Assembly: GCA_002778535.1 (NCBI GenBank)
Contig: PFBP01000039.1
Span: forward strand, 5,695 to 44,409
DNA from: Candidatus Kuenenbacteria bacterium CG10_big_fil_rev_8_21_14_0_10_36_11
GTDB lineage: Bacteria; Patescibacteriota; Patescibacteriia; UBA2196
Length of the DNA stretch: 38,715 nucleotides
Direction: 5' to 3'
The notes under the pieces were generated by a model. The model was not told the origin of the DNA. It did not search any database and saw nothing but the letters and a program-made list of their open reading frames with translations. Shown piece after piece: positions 17,057-25,331 of the stretch (its first letter is position 1; every line of letters starts with the position of its first letter). The position numbers and the translations under genes are program-made.

Positions 17057-17392
17057 ATGGAAAATATAGATTTTAACAATTTAGCCACAAAAGAAGATCT
17101 AAAGTCAGAAATTGATAAAGTTAGACAAGATATGGCCACTAAAGATGATCTTAAAGCTATTCGTAATGATTTAAGCAAGGTTTTTGTTGAATTAGATACA
17201 AAAATTGATCAAAAAACAGAAGCGTTATTTGAAATGATAGGTGATTTTAAAAATGAAATGCTTGAAAATTTTGATAAACAAGGAAAGATTTTAGAAAAAT
17301 TAGATTCAGAAACTGCCGCGCACTCTACATCATATCAAGAACATAAAGAAACCTTAGATCAGCATGAAGAAATTTTGGATGATCATGAATAA
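17057..17392 (+). CDS. Small coiled-coil protein, unknown function
   Basis: Repeated TKEDLK / TKDDLK heptad-like segments, no TM helix, and an acidic HEE-rich C-terminus. Confidence 0.5.
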   Translation: MENIDFNNLATKEDLKSEIDKVRQDMATKDDLKAIRNDLSKVFVELDTKIDQKTEALFEMIGDFKNEMLENFDKQGKILEKLDSETAAHSTSYQEHKETLDQHEEILDDHE

Positions 17393-17468
17393 AGAATTGC
17401 TGTTTTAGAATTAAAACCAGCAATGTAGAGAACAATTTTTTTGTTATTTGTGAATGATAAATTTGTGT

Positions 17469-17499
17469 AGGCAGGTTTCAAACCTGCCTTTGTTTTTCT
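17469..17499 (+). terminator. Terminator hairpin AGGCAGGTTT-c-AAACCTGCCT plus T-run (family B-like)
   Basis: 10-bp stem followed by ttgtttttctc. Confidence 0.65.
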
Positions 17500-17605
17500 C
17501 TAACCTTAGCCAAAAACTATACTTATCCACACCCATCAAAAACCGCGCGGGGATTGTTTATTCATTTGACAACTCATTTCCAATGGTCTACTATTTAAGT
17601 ATATT

Positions 17606-18247
17606 ATGAGAAATAGTTCCATATCTAAAATCAAAGAAATTATGTCTTTGGCAGAACAGCTGCCTTGTTTTAGTTTGGCTGATTTGGTTACCATAGAAAA
17701 AGACAAACATTATCTAAAAATTTTATTTTCCCGCTATGCCAAAGCTGGCAAAGTCATCAGATTAAAAAAAGGATTTTATGTAACCAAAGAATATTTTGAT
17801 AAAATGGAAAAAACCGGCCAGGTATCTTTTTATTTAGAATTTATCGCTCATATTTTGTACCAACCATCTTATTTAAGCTTGGATTATGTGCTTTATGAAC
17901 ACAATATTTTAACCGAAATACCCCGCAATTTCACTTTAATAACAAAAAATAAAACAACCCATCTTGTTAATCAGTTTGGCAATTTTTTTTATCACAAAAT
18001 TCAGGATAAACTGTTTGACGGCTTTGAAGTTAATAAAAAAAATAATCTGACAACCGCCAAAGCAACTAAAGCTAAATCTTTATTTGATTTTCTTTATTTA
18101 AGAAAAAATATTTTAAATAATAAAAAAGCAGGGGCAGAATTAAGGTTGAATCTGGATAATTTTAAGAAGAAAGATTGGCAGGAGTTTAAAAAATATCTCA
18201 AAGTTGAAAATTCCAAAAAAATGAAGCAAATTTTTACTTATTTTTAA
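17606..18247 (+). CDS. abiEi: AbiEi-family type IV antitoxin / transcriptional regulator
   Basis: The N-terminal winged-helix-like FSLADLVTIEKDKHYLKILFSRYAKAGKVIRLKKGFYV is typical of AbiEi. It immediately precedes an AbiEii gene. Confidence 0.7.
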   Translation: MRNSSISKIKEIMSLAEQLPCFSLADLVTIEKDKHYLKILFSRYAKAGKVIRLKKGFYVTKEYFDKMEKTGQVSFYLEFIAHILYQPSYLSLDYVLYEHNILTEIPRNFTLITKNKTTHLVNQFGNFFYHKIQDKLFDGFEVNKKNNLTTAKATKAKSLFDFLYLRKNILNNKKAGAELRLNLDNFKKKDWQEFKKYLKVENSKKMKQIFTYF

Positions 18248-18251
18248 AAAT

Positions 18252-19079
18252 ATGACATCAATAAAAAACGACCTGAAAAATTTAATTGCGGAAAACAACA
18301 GACACACTGACACATTTCAGAGAAATTTACTAAAAGAGCATTTGCAGATTTTGGTTTTGGATTTTATTTATAGCCATCCCAAATACAGCGAATTGATTTT
18401 TTACGGCGGCTCTTGCTTGGCGCATTGTTTTGGCTTGCAAAGATTATCAGAAGATTTGGATTTTGTAGATTTGAGAAATAAAATTAAATTAGCTAAACTG
18501 GCAAAAGATCTGGAAAACTATTTTAACCAAAGCACAGATTTGCCAATAAAAATAACAGTGCAGAAATTCCGCCTTTATTTAAAATTTCCAATTCTCAAAG
18601 AATTAGATTTAGCCAAAGGCAATGATTCTGATTTTTTATTTTTAAAAGTGGAAATTTTCCAGAAGTTTAATTTTTGCGCCAAATATCAGACAGAAATAAT
18701 TCCTTTATTTAAAGCTGATAAAAGCATACTCATAAAAACTTTTGATTTGCCGACTTTAATGGCTACAAAAATCAGAGCGATATTAAATCGTATTTGGGAA
18801 AAAACAGATAAAACCGGCCGAATAATTGCGGTTGTGAAAGGCAGAGATTATTTTGATTTGATGTGGTATTTGGAAAAGAAAATTAAACCAAACTTTGATT
18901 GCCTGGAGATAAAAAATTTAGCTGAGTTAAAAGCAAAGTTGCTTAAAAAAGTAAATATGCTTGATGAAAAAAGTATTCAGTATGATTTAGAGGCGTTGAT
19001 TGATAATATTGATTTTGTAAAAAAATTAAGCAGAAACATTAAGGATATTTTAAAAAGAGAGATTCAAAAATATAAATAG
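18252..19079 (+). CDS. abiEii: AbiEii/AbiGii-family nucleotidyltransferase toxin (DUF1814)
   Basis: LLKEHLQILVLDFIY...LIFYGGSCLAHCFGLQRLSEDLDFVD matches the family's LKEYLQ / FKGGTAL / RxSEDLDF signature. There is a 4-nt gap from abiEi. Confidence 0.8.
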   Translation: MTSIKNDLKNLIAENNRHTDTFQRNLLKEHLQILVLDFIYSHPKYSELIFYGGSCLAHCFGLQRLSEDLDFVDLRNKIKLAKLAKDLENYFNQSTDLPIKITVQKFRLYLKFPILKELDLAKGNDSDFLFLKVEIFQKFNFCAKYQTEIIPLFKADKSILIKTFDLPTLMATKIRAILNRIWEKTDKTGRIIAVVKGRDYFDLMWYLEKKIKPNFDCLEIKNLAELKAKLLKKVNMLDEKSIQYDLEALIDNIDFVKKLSRNIKDILKREIQKYK

Positions 19080-19147
19080 ACAGCAATAATAAAACAGAGA
19101 ACAAAAATTTTTTGACAATTCCCTAAAAATTCGCTACATTGAGGTTG

Positions 19148-21286
19148 ATGAAGTTAATTAAAACACTTTGTTTACAGCTTTTAGACTGGGTTGGGGTTAG
19201 GCTCGGTTTTAAAACCAAGCCTAATCCTCAGTCGAAGTTTTGGTTCTCAAAAACCGCGCGCGGATTCTTTTTTTCCAGCCTGGTTTTTTTTATTTTGGCA
19301 ATTTTAATTTATCCCTCGGCCACTCATGTTTTTCGCTTTAAAAACAAAGTTTTTGGCGAAAAAATAATTGCCATTCAAAGACAAACTGGCTATCCAAAAT
19401 TAGCCAATTATTTTTTATCATCTGACCAGAATTTTGATTATCAAAAATTAGCCAGTTATGACACAGTGATTTTGCCCATTGACACGCAAATTTATAATCC
19501 GGAATTTTTTGTTTATGCGAGAGATTATAATCCTGATATTATCATTCTCGCTTATACGCCTTCGCAAAGCGTTAATGTTAATGCACTTAATGACCAAAAT
19601 AGTTTTAATTATAAATTAAACGCTCAAATCAAAGACGAATGGCTGCTTAAAGATTCTAATCATAATCTTATTTCTTCCTGGTCTGGTTTGAAAAATATCA
19701 ATGTTAATTCTGACTGGAATAATTGGCTGCCAGAATTTGTGCAGGCAGAAGTATTAAGCAATGGTTTTTGGGACGGGATTTTTTATGATATGGTTGATAA
19801 AACCATAAATTGGACAAATAACGGCGATATTGATTTGGATAATAATGGCATTAAAGATGAAGCTGATTATGCTAACAAACTTTGGCAAAATGGTTTTACT
19901 AAACTTTTGCAAAAATCGCGCGCAATTTTTGGCCAAGAAAAAATTATTGTTTTAAATGGCGCGATTGACGAGTCTTGGCTGCAATTTGTCAATGGTATAA
20001 TGTTTGAAAATTTTCCAACACCATGGCTTGGCAATAGCTGGCAAAATTCAATGAATCTTTTAAAAAAATATCAGGCCATGGTGCCGGCTGGGCAAAAAGT
20101 TTTTATTATCAATAATTTAGGATTGGACAGCAATTTTAAAAAAATCCGTTTTGATTTAATTTCCGCCTTGTTTGAAGATGTTTATTTTTCATCTGACCAA
20201 AGCGTGGAGATTCATGAAGATTTGCGCTGGTATGATGAATATGATGTTAATCTTGGCGCAGCCTTAAATAAACCGTATAATTTATTGAACACCAATGTTG
20301 TTCAATATTCAGCCAGTATTTGGCGCCGTGATTTCACTAACGGAATCACTATTTTGAATGTTACTCAAAAAGAACAGACCATAAATTTAACTGACGGAAT
20401 TTATGAAAAAATTCGCGGCCAAGAAAATCAAATTAACAATGGCCAGATAGTTAATCAAATAACTTTAGCGCCAACCGAAGGCGTGGTGCTATTGAGAAAA
20501 TTAGAGCTTTTAAAAAATGTGGCTTTTAATAACGGCGTTTTTGTTAGAATATTTAATAATAAGTCAGAAGTTAAAAGAACAGGTTTTTATTCTTATGATC
20601 CGGCCGTGGCTGGTGGCAGAGAAATGATTTTGATTGATGTTGATCATGACAATGAATTGGAAAAAATTATCGCGCATAACGGCGAGATTCGCGTGATAAA
20701 AAAAAGCGGCCTGATTATGAGTTCTTTTTATCCATATACTAAAAATTATCAAAAAGGCGCACATCTGGCTTTAGCTGATTTAAATAATGACGGACAATTG
20801 GAAATAGTGACTGGCGCTTATCAGGGCGGGGGTCCGCACATTAGAATTTTTGATTTACAAGGCCAGCTTATCAATGTTGGCTGGTTTGCTTTTGATAAAA
20901 ATAATCGCGGTGGAGTGAGTGTCGCTCTTGGCGATATTAATAATGACGGAGAGCAAGAAATTATTGCTGGCGCTGGCAAAGGTTTGGAACCGCAAGTTAA
21001 AATTTTTAGTCTAACTGGTAAATTATTAAAGACATTCTTGGCTTATGATAAAAATTTTAAAGGCGGGGTTAATGTGGCAAGCGCTGATTTGAACAATGAC
21101 AAGATAAATGAGATAATTACTGGCGCGGGCGCTTCTGGTGGCCCGCATGTCAGAATTTTTAATGGGCAGGGAGTTAATTTGGGAATGGATTTTTTTGCCT
21201 TTGATAAAAACAAAAGACAAGGCGTGCGCGTGGGTGCTGGCGATATTGATGATGACGGGCAAATAGAAATTTTGGGAATGAACTAA
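19148..21286 (+). CDS. Membrane-anchored surface protein: glycoside-hydrolase-like (GHL15-type) domain plus FG-GAP/VCBS repeats
   Basis: The C-terminal half has at least five units of DxNxDGxxEI(I/V)TGAGxGGGPH(I/V)RIF. The N-terminal part (YDTVILPID...WDGIFYDMVD) resembles a putative TIM-barrel GHL family. ATG 19148 is chosen because the promoter TTGACA-N17-TACATT (19112..19140) overlaps the track start 19139. Confidence 0.7.
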   Translation: MKLIKTLCLQLLDWVGVRLGFKTKPNPQSKFWFSKTARGFFFSSLVFFILAILIYPSATHVFRFKNKVFGEKIIAIQRQTGYPKLANYFLSSDQNFDYQKLASYDTVILPIDTQIYNPEFFVYARDYNPDIIILAYTPSQSVNVNALNDQNSFNYKLNAQIKDEWLLKDSNHNLISSWSGLKNINVNSDWNNWLPEFVQAEVLSNGFWDGIFYDMVDKTINWTNNGDIDLDNNGIKDEADYANKLWQNGFTKLLQKSRAIFGQEKIIVLNGAIDESWLQFVNGIMFENFPTPWLGNSWQNSMNLLKKYQAMVPAGQKVFIINNLGLDSNFKKIRFDLISALFEDVYFSSDQSVEIHEDLRWYDEYDVNLGAALNKPYNLLNTNVVQYSASIWRRDFTNGITILNVTQKEQTINLTDGIYEKIRGQENQINNGQIVNQITLAPTEGVVLLRKLELLKNVAFNNGVFVRIFNNKSEVKRTGFYSYDPAVAGGREMILIDVDHDNELEKIIAHNGEIRVIKKSGLIMSSFYPYTKNYQKGAHLALADLNNDGQLEIVTGAYQGGGPHIRIFDLQGQLINVGWFAFDKNNRGGVSVALGDINNDGEQEIIAGAGKGLEPQVKIFSLTGKLLKTFLAYDKNFKGGVNVASADLNNDKINEIITGAGASGGPHVRIFNGQGVNLGMDFFAFDKNKRQGVRVGAGDIDDDGQIEILGMN
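19207..19234. repeat. Palindrome family B copy (TTAGGCTCGGTTTTAAAACCAAGCCTAA), one stem mismatch
   Basis: Lies inside the predicted N-terminal tail of 19148..21286 and is translated VRLGFKTKPN. Confidence 0.75.
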
Positions 21287-21295
21287 AACTTCCCT

Positions 21296-21395
21296 TTGTC
21301 GTCCACGCGCAAGCGGGGATCTCGTGGAATTACTAAAGTGCTGGGATTCCCGCTAGAGCCTGCCCCCAACTTTGATTGGGAGCGGGAATGACAGA
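21296..21395. repeat. Compound, degenerate family A elements
   Basis: ttgtcgtccacgcgcaagcggggatctcgtggaat is followed by ggattcccgct...agcgggaatgaca, with a nested CCCAA/TTGGG hairpin. Intergenic. Confidence 0.55.
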
Positions 21396-21413
21396 TACTT
21401 AAATCTAAAAATT

Positions 21414-22178
21414 ATGAAAAAAATAACTGACTTAACCAAACAAGGACAAATAATTTCTACGGAACAAAATGTTCCTTTGACTCAGCCGTCAATTTATATC
21501 CGCACACTGAACATTATGGCTGCGCCTTTTAAAAAGCGCTATGAGCGGCATTACAAGATTTCTAAAAAACATCTTGTGATAGATTTGATTTTTGTAATTT
21601 TGATTCTGGCCTTGGCGATCTTTAATATCTATCTTTTAACGCAAAAATTTCCTTTACCCGACTTTTCTATCAGTTTTAATCAACAAGAAACCCTTGTTGA
21701 GCCAGAAAATAAATCAGAACCAGCGGTCGCGTTATCTGAAATTGCTTTGACAGCTGAAGCGCTTTATTTTAATGATGAAGGCGATCAATTGGGTTTGGGC
21801 GCTTGGCCTCCGAAGATTGGAGAGACGTCCAATTTAGTTATCAGCATTAATTTAGAAACAACTTCTGGTAATTGGGAAAATATAAAATTTCAAGCTAAAT
21901 TGCCAAAAAATATTACTTGGATTAAAAGTTCTTCCGTAAATAAAGGCGCGGCGATTGTATATGATGTTAATAAAAATACAATTTTTTGGAATATTGATTC
22001 TTTAATGTTTAATGAAAATGCTAATGCGGTTTTTAATTTAGAATTCACACCAACGGCTGATGCAGTTGGTAAAAAAATATTGCTTTTGGAAAATATTTTT
22101 GCCAACGGATTTAATAAAGAAAGTGATAAAGAATTTTCTGCTAGTGCTAAGAATTTATATTCGCTAGTCGTACAATAA
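21414..22178 (+). CDS. Single-TM anchored protein, unknown function
   Basis: ATG 21414 (MKKITDL) is preferred, because the longer track ORF begins inside the repeat. TM segment LVIDLIFVILILALAIFNIYLL, then a beta-rich ectodomain. Confidence 0.5.
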   Translation: MKKITDLTKQGQIISTEQNVPLTQPSIYIRTLNIMAAPFKKRYERHYKISKKHLVIDLIFVILILALAIFNIYLLTQKFPLPDFSISFNQQETLVEPENKSEPAVALSEIALTAEALYFNDEGDQLGLGAWPPKIGETSNLVISINLETTSGNWENIKFQAKLPKNITWIKSSSVNKGAAIVYDVNKNTIFWNIDSLMFNENANAVFNLEFTPTADAVGKKILLLENIFANGFNKESDKEFSASAKNLYSLVVQ

Positions 22179-22871
22179 ATGAATATTCAAGATAACAATA
22201 TTTTTATTATTTTACCTGCTTTTAATGAAGCGCAAAATATCAGCGCCACGCTTAATGATTTGTTAAAATATAATTATCAGATTATTGTGGTTGACGATGG
22301 TTCAAAAGATAATACCTCTGAATTAGCCAAAAAATTTCCTGTAAAAATTTTGCGCCACGAAATCAATCGCGGTCAAGGCGCTGCTTTGGCCACTGGCACG
22401 ATTTACGCTTTAAAAAATGGTGCTGAAATTATCGCACACTTTGACGCAGACGGCCAATTTTTAGCGGAAGAAATTAGTTTACTAATAGAGCCAATTATTA
22501 AAGATCAGGCAGATATTGTTCTTGGCACGAGATTTCACACTAACCAAAAAATTAGCACTAATTCCAAAATGCCTTGGCTTAAAAGAAAAATAATTCATCC
22601 TTGCGCCAGATTTCTTAATTATTTTTTTACTGGGCTTAAGTTAACTGATGTTCATTGCGGATTAAGAGCCATGAACAGATTAGCGGCTGAAAAAATACAA
22701 ATTTATCAGGATGGCATGGCACATAACACGGAAATTGTGGCCCAAATCAAAAAGCAGCATCTGCGTTATCAAGAAATTCCAGCTACAGTGATTTATAAAA
22801 AATTCGGCCAGGGAATTGGCGGAGGAATCAGAATATTAAAAGAACTAATAATTAGTAAAATTATAAATTAA
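22179..22871 (+). CDS. Family-2 glycosyltransferase, polyprenyl-phosphate sugar synthase-like (DPM1/GtrB type)
   Basis: IILPAFNEAQNI, VVDDGSKDNT and DADGQ motifs. Short soluble GT2. Its start abuts the preceding stop. Confidence 0.8.
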   Translation: MNIQDNNIFIILPAFNEAQNISATLNDLLKYNYQIIVVDDGSKDNTSELAKKFPVKILRHEINRGQGAALATGTIYALKNGAEIIAHFDADGQFLAEEISLLIEPIIKDQADIVLGTRFHTNQKISTNSKMPWLKRKIIHPCARFLNYFFTGLKLTDVHCGLRAMNRLAAEKIQIYQDGMAHNTEIVAQIKKQHLRYQEIPATVIYKKFGQGIGGGIRILKELIISKIIN

Positions 22872-22878
22872 ATAAATG

Positions 22879-22908
22879 GTTAAACTGGGTTTTAAAACCC
22901 AGTTTAAC
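22879..22908. repeat. Palindrome family B, perfect 30-mer GTTAAACTGGGTTTTAAAACCCAGTTTAAC
   Basis: Perfect palindrome between the GT2 stop and the DUF2304 start. Confidence 0.8.
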
Positions 22909-22924
22909 TGAATCAGTTAAGCTT

Positions 22925-23263
22925 ATGCTTATCCAAATTGTCATTTCCATTTTTGCTTTTTTCGCGCTCATAAAAATTATTGCCAGATTTAAAAAACAGG
23001 AATTAAAAAATTCAGAACTTTTTATCTGGGTTTTATTTTGGCTTGCTGTGGCGGCCTTAGTTTGGGTGCCTAATTCATTAACTAAATTGGCCAATATTTT
23101 TGGCATTGGCCGCGGCGCTGATTTGATTTTTTATGCCAGCATTGTTGTTTTGTTTTATATTTTATTCAGGATTTATCTGCGTTTGGAAAAAATAGAAAGA
23201 AATATTACAAAGATAGTGAAAAAAAATGCGCTGGATGAAATGGATAAGAAATATTTTTTTTAG
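22925..23263 (+). CDS. DUF2304 small membrane protein (usual partner of GT2)
   Basis: Three or four TM helices. LANIFGIGRGADLIFY and the C-terminal IVKKNALDE resemble the DUF2304 pattern. Confidence 0.6.
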   Translation: MLIQIVISIFAFFALIKIIARFKKQELKNSELFIWVLFWLAVAALVWVPNSLTKLANIFGIGRGADLIFYASIVVLFYILFRIYLRLEKIERNITKIVKKNALDEMDKKYFF

Positions 23264-23280
23264 TTGTCATCTTTATTTTT

Positions 23281-23358
23281 TTGTCATCCTGAACTTGATT
23301 CAGGATCCAGAAATTCTTAAAATTTTTTCTGGATTCCTGCTTTCGCAGGAATGACAAA
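23281..23358. repeat. Two family A hairpins arranged head-to-head
   Basis: ttGTCATCCTGAActtgaTTCAGGATCCagaa (23281..23312) and tctGGATTCCTGCtttcGCAGGAATGACaaa (23328..23358) are in opposite orientation with different, internally compensated stems. Confidence 0.8.
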
Positions 23359-23366
23359 TAATTATT

Positions 23367-25331
23367 ATGCCAGAACTTGTTTCTGTTATTCTGCCAGTTT
23401 ATAAACCACAGTTGGAATATTTAAAAAGAGCTATTCAAAGCATACTCAATCAAACACATGCTGATTTTGAACTGATTATTATTGAAGATCCAAGTGAATT
23501 TACTGGCCAGGAAATAATTAAAAGTTTTAATGATAAAAGAATTAAATATGTTTTAAATCAAGAGAGAACGAATTTTGCCAGTCAAATCAATCATGGGCTT
23601 AAATTGGCGCGCGGTAATTTTATTGCCAGGATGGATGCCGATGATTTGTCTCGGCCAGAAAGATTAGAAAAGCAACTTTATTTTTTGTTGGCTCACCAAG
23701 AAATCAGTGCGGTTGGTTCTAATTTAATTGTGATTGATGAACAGGATAAAATCATTGGACAAAGAATTTATCCGGATGATTCTGTTTCAATTGCTAAAAA
23801 AATGTGCATGAAAAATGTTATGGCCCATTCCGCAGTAATGTTTAAAAAAAATGATATTTTAACAGTTGGCGGTTACCAGTCAGAGTTTGGCACTTTAGCT
23901 GATTATGATCTTTGGGCCAGGATGATTTTGGCTGGTTATAAATTTTATAATCTTCAGGAATTTTTATTGCAATATCGTCTGCATCAGGGCGCGACTAAAA
24001 AATATTTTTTAAAAAATCAATTGAGCGATACTCTGCACATCAAGCAGAAATATTTTCGCTGGAAAAAAGATTGGAATTCTAGTGCAAAAATTAGATATTG
24101 GCTAGAAAAAATTTTGTTATTTATGCCAAACAAATTTATCTATTGGCTGTTTGTGAAAACAAATATTGTTAAAACTCAAAATTCAAATATCAAAAGTCAA
24201 ATAGATAATATGCGCATTGCTTATATTTCGCCAGTTTTTCCGCCTTTATCAGCTGGCATGGGCACAGCCTGTTTTTATACAGCTGACAAAATTGGACAGG
24301 AGCATGAAGCCACTGTTTTTTTGGCTAACCGCAGAGTAAATTATCAAACTGGCCATTATCAAATTAAGTTATTTAAACCTTGGTTCAGTTTTGGTTATGC
24401 TGATTTCGCTCCACAATTATTCTGGCGATTAAAAAATTTTGATATTATTCATCATTACTATCCATATTTTGGCGTAGCTGAATTTTTATGTTTTTTTAAA
24501 AAGATATTTCATAAAAAATTTCCTAAAATCGTTTTTCATTATCAAATGGATATGGTAGGCAAGGGAATGAGTAAATTTGTCAATCAATTGCATAAAATTT
24601 TTATTGCTCCCTGGCTTTTTAAAATTGCAGATGCTGTTTTTGTGTTATCAGAAGATTATGCTAAAAATTGCGATATTAAAAAATATTATTTTAAATATCC
24701 TGAAAAATTTTATGTCGTACCCAATGGCGTTGATATTGATAAGTTTAAAATTCAAGAGGAAATAAATTTAAAAGCAACTGGCAAGATTATTTTCACTGCC
24801 CAAGCATTAGATAAAGCGCATTTTTTTAAAGGCATTGATGTTTTGATTGAAGCGATAAAAATCATTGACCGCCCTGATGTCAAATTAGTGATTGCCGGCG
24901 ACGGAGATTTAAAAGAATATTATCAAAATTTGGTGAACAAATTTAGTGTTCAAGAAAATGTTTCTTTTTTGGGTCAAATCAGCCATGACCAACTGCCAAA
25001 GTATTATAATGCAGCAACATTAGTCGCGGTGCCATCAGTTAAAAAAACAGAAAGTTTTAGTGTTACTGCAGTTGAAGCAATGGCTTCTTGTAAACCAGTC
25101 ATAGTTTCTGATTTGCCAGGACTTAGAGTGACGCCTGAAAATAATATTTCTGGTTTGTTGGTTAAACCAGGGGATGTCAATGACTTGGCTAATAAAATTT
25201 TGTTTTTTGTTAATAATCCAGAAAAAGCATTGGCCTTTGGACAAGCAGGCAGAAAGCGAGCAGAAGAATTATATGATTGGAATAAAATTTGCGAGAAAAT
25301 AGAAAAAATTTATCAAGAAATAATTGTATGA
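23367..25331 (+). CDS. Bifunctional glycosyltransferase, GT2 (N) fused to GT4 (C)
   Basis: The N-terminal part has VILPVYKPQ, IIIEDPS and RMDADD motifs (GT-A). From MRIAYISPVFPPLSAGMG onward there is a GT-B/GT4 domain with the E-x7-E region (SVTAVEAMASCKPVIVSD). No stop separates the two domains. Confidence 0.75.
   Translation: MPELVSVILPVYKPQLEYLKRAIQSILNQTHADFELIIIEDPSEFTGQEIIKSFNDKRIKYVLNQERTNFASQINHGLKLARGNFIARMDADDLSRPERLEKQLYFLLAHQEISAVGSNLIVIDEQDKIIGQRIYPDDSVSIAKKMCMKNVMAHSAVMFKKNDILTVGGYQSEFGTLADYDLWARMILAGYKFYNLQEFLLQYRLHQGATKKYFLKNQLSDTLHIKQKYFRWKKDWNSSAKIRYWLEKILLFMPNKFIYWLFVKTNIVKTQNSNIKSQIDNMRIAYISPVFPPLSAGMGTACFYTADKIGQEHEATVFLANRRVNYQTGHYQIKLFKPWFSFGYADFAPQLFWRLKNFDIIHHYYPYFGVAEFLCFFKKIFHKKFPKIVFHYQMDMVGKGMSKFVNQLHKIFIAPWLFKIADAVFVLSEDYAKNCDIKKYYFKYPEKFYVVPNGVDIDKFKIQEEINLKATGKIIFTAQALDKAHFFKGIDVLIEAIKIIDRPDVKLVIAGDGDLKEYYQNLVNKFSVQENVSFLGQISHDQLPKYYNAATLVAVPSVKKTESFSVTAVEAMASCKPVIVSDLPGLRVTPENNISGLLVKPGDVNDLANKILFFVNNPEKALAFGQAGRKRAEELYDWNKICEKIEKIYQEIIV

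Noticed and set aside
17042-17531. Perfect DnaA-box 9-mers (TTATCCACA at 17042 and 17523, reverse copy at 31772) as a replication origin.
   Set aside because: There are only two boxes within 500 bp. There is no dnaA or dnaN neighbour, no clustered array and no adjacent AT-rich unwinding repeats distinct from the already AT-rich background. The boxes sit next to start codons, so they are kept only as a possible regulatory motif.
25289-25327. Longer N-terminal extensions given by the ORF track for several genes: 25289, 21372, 34555, 3671, 31773 and 19139.
   Set aside because: The extensions overlap the upstream gene, a repeat or a promoter element. In each case a downstream ATG begins at the family-typical N-terminus.
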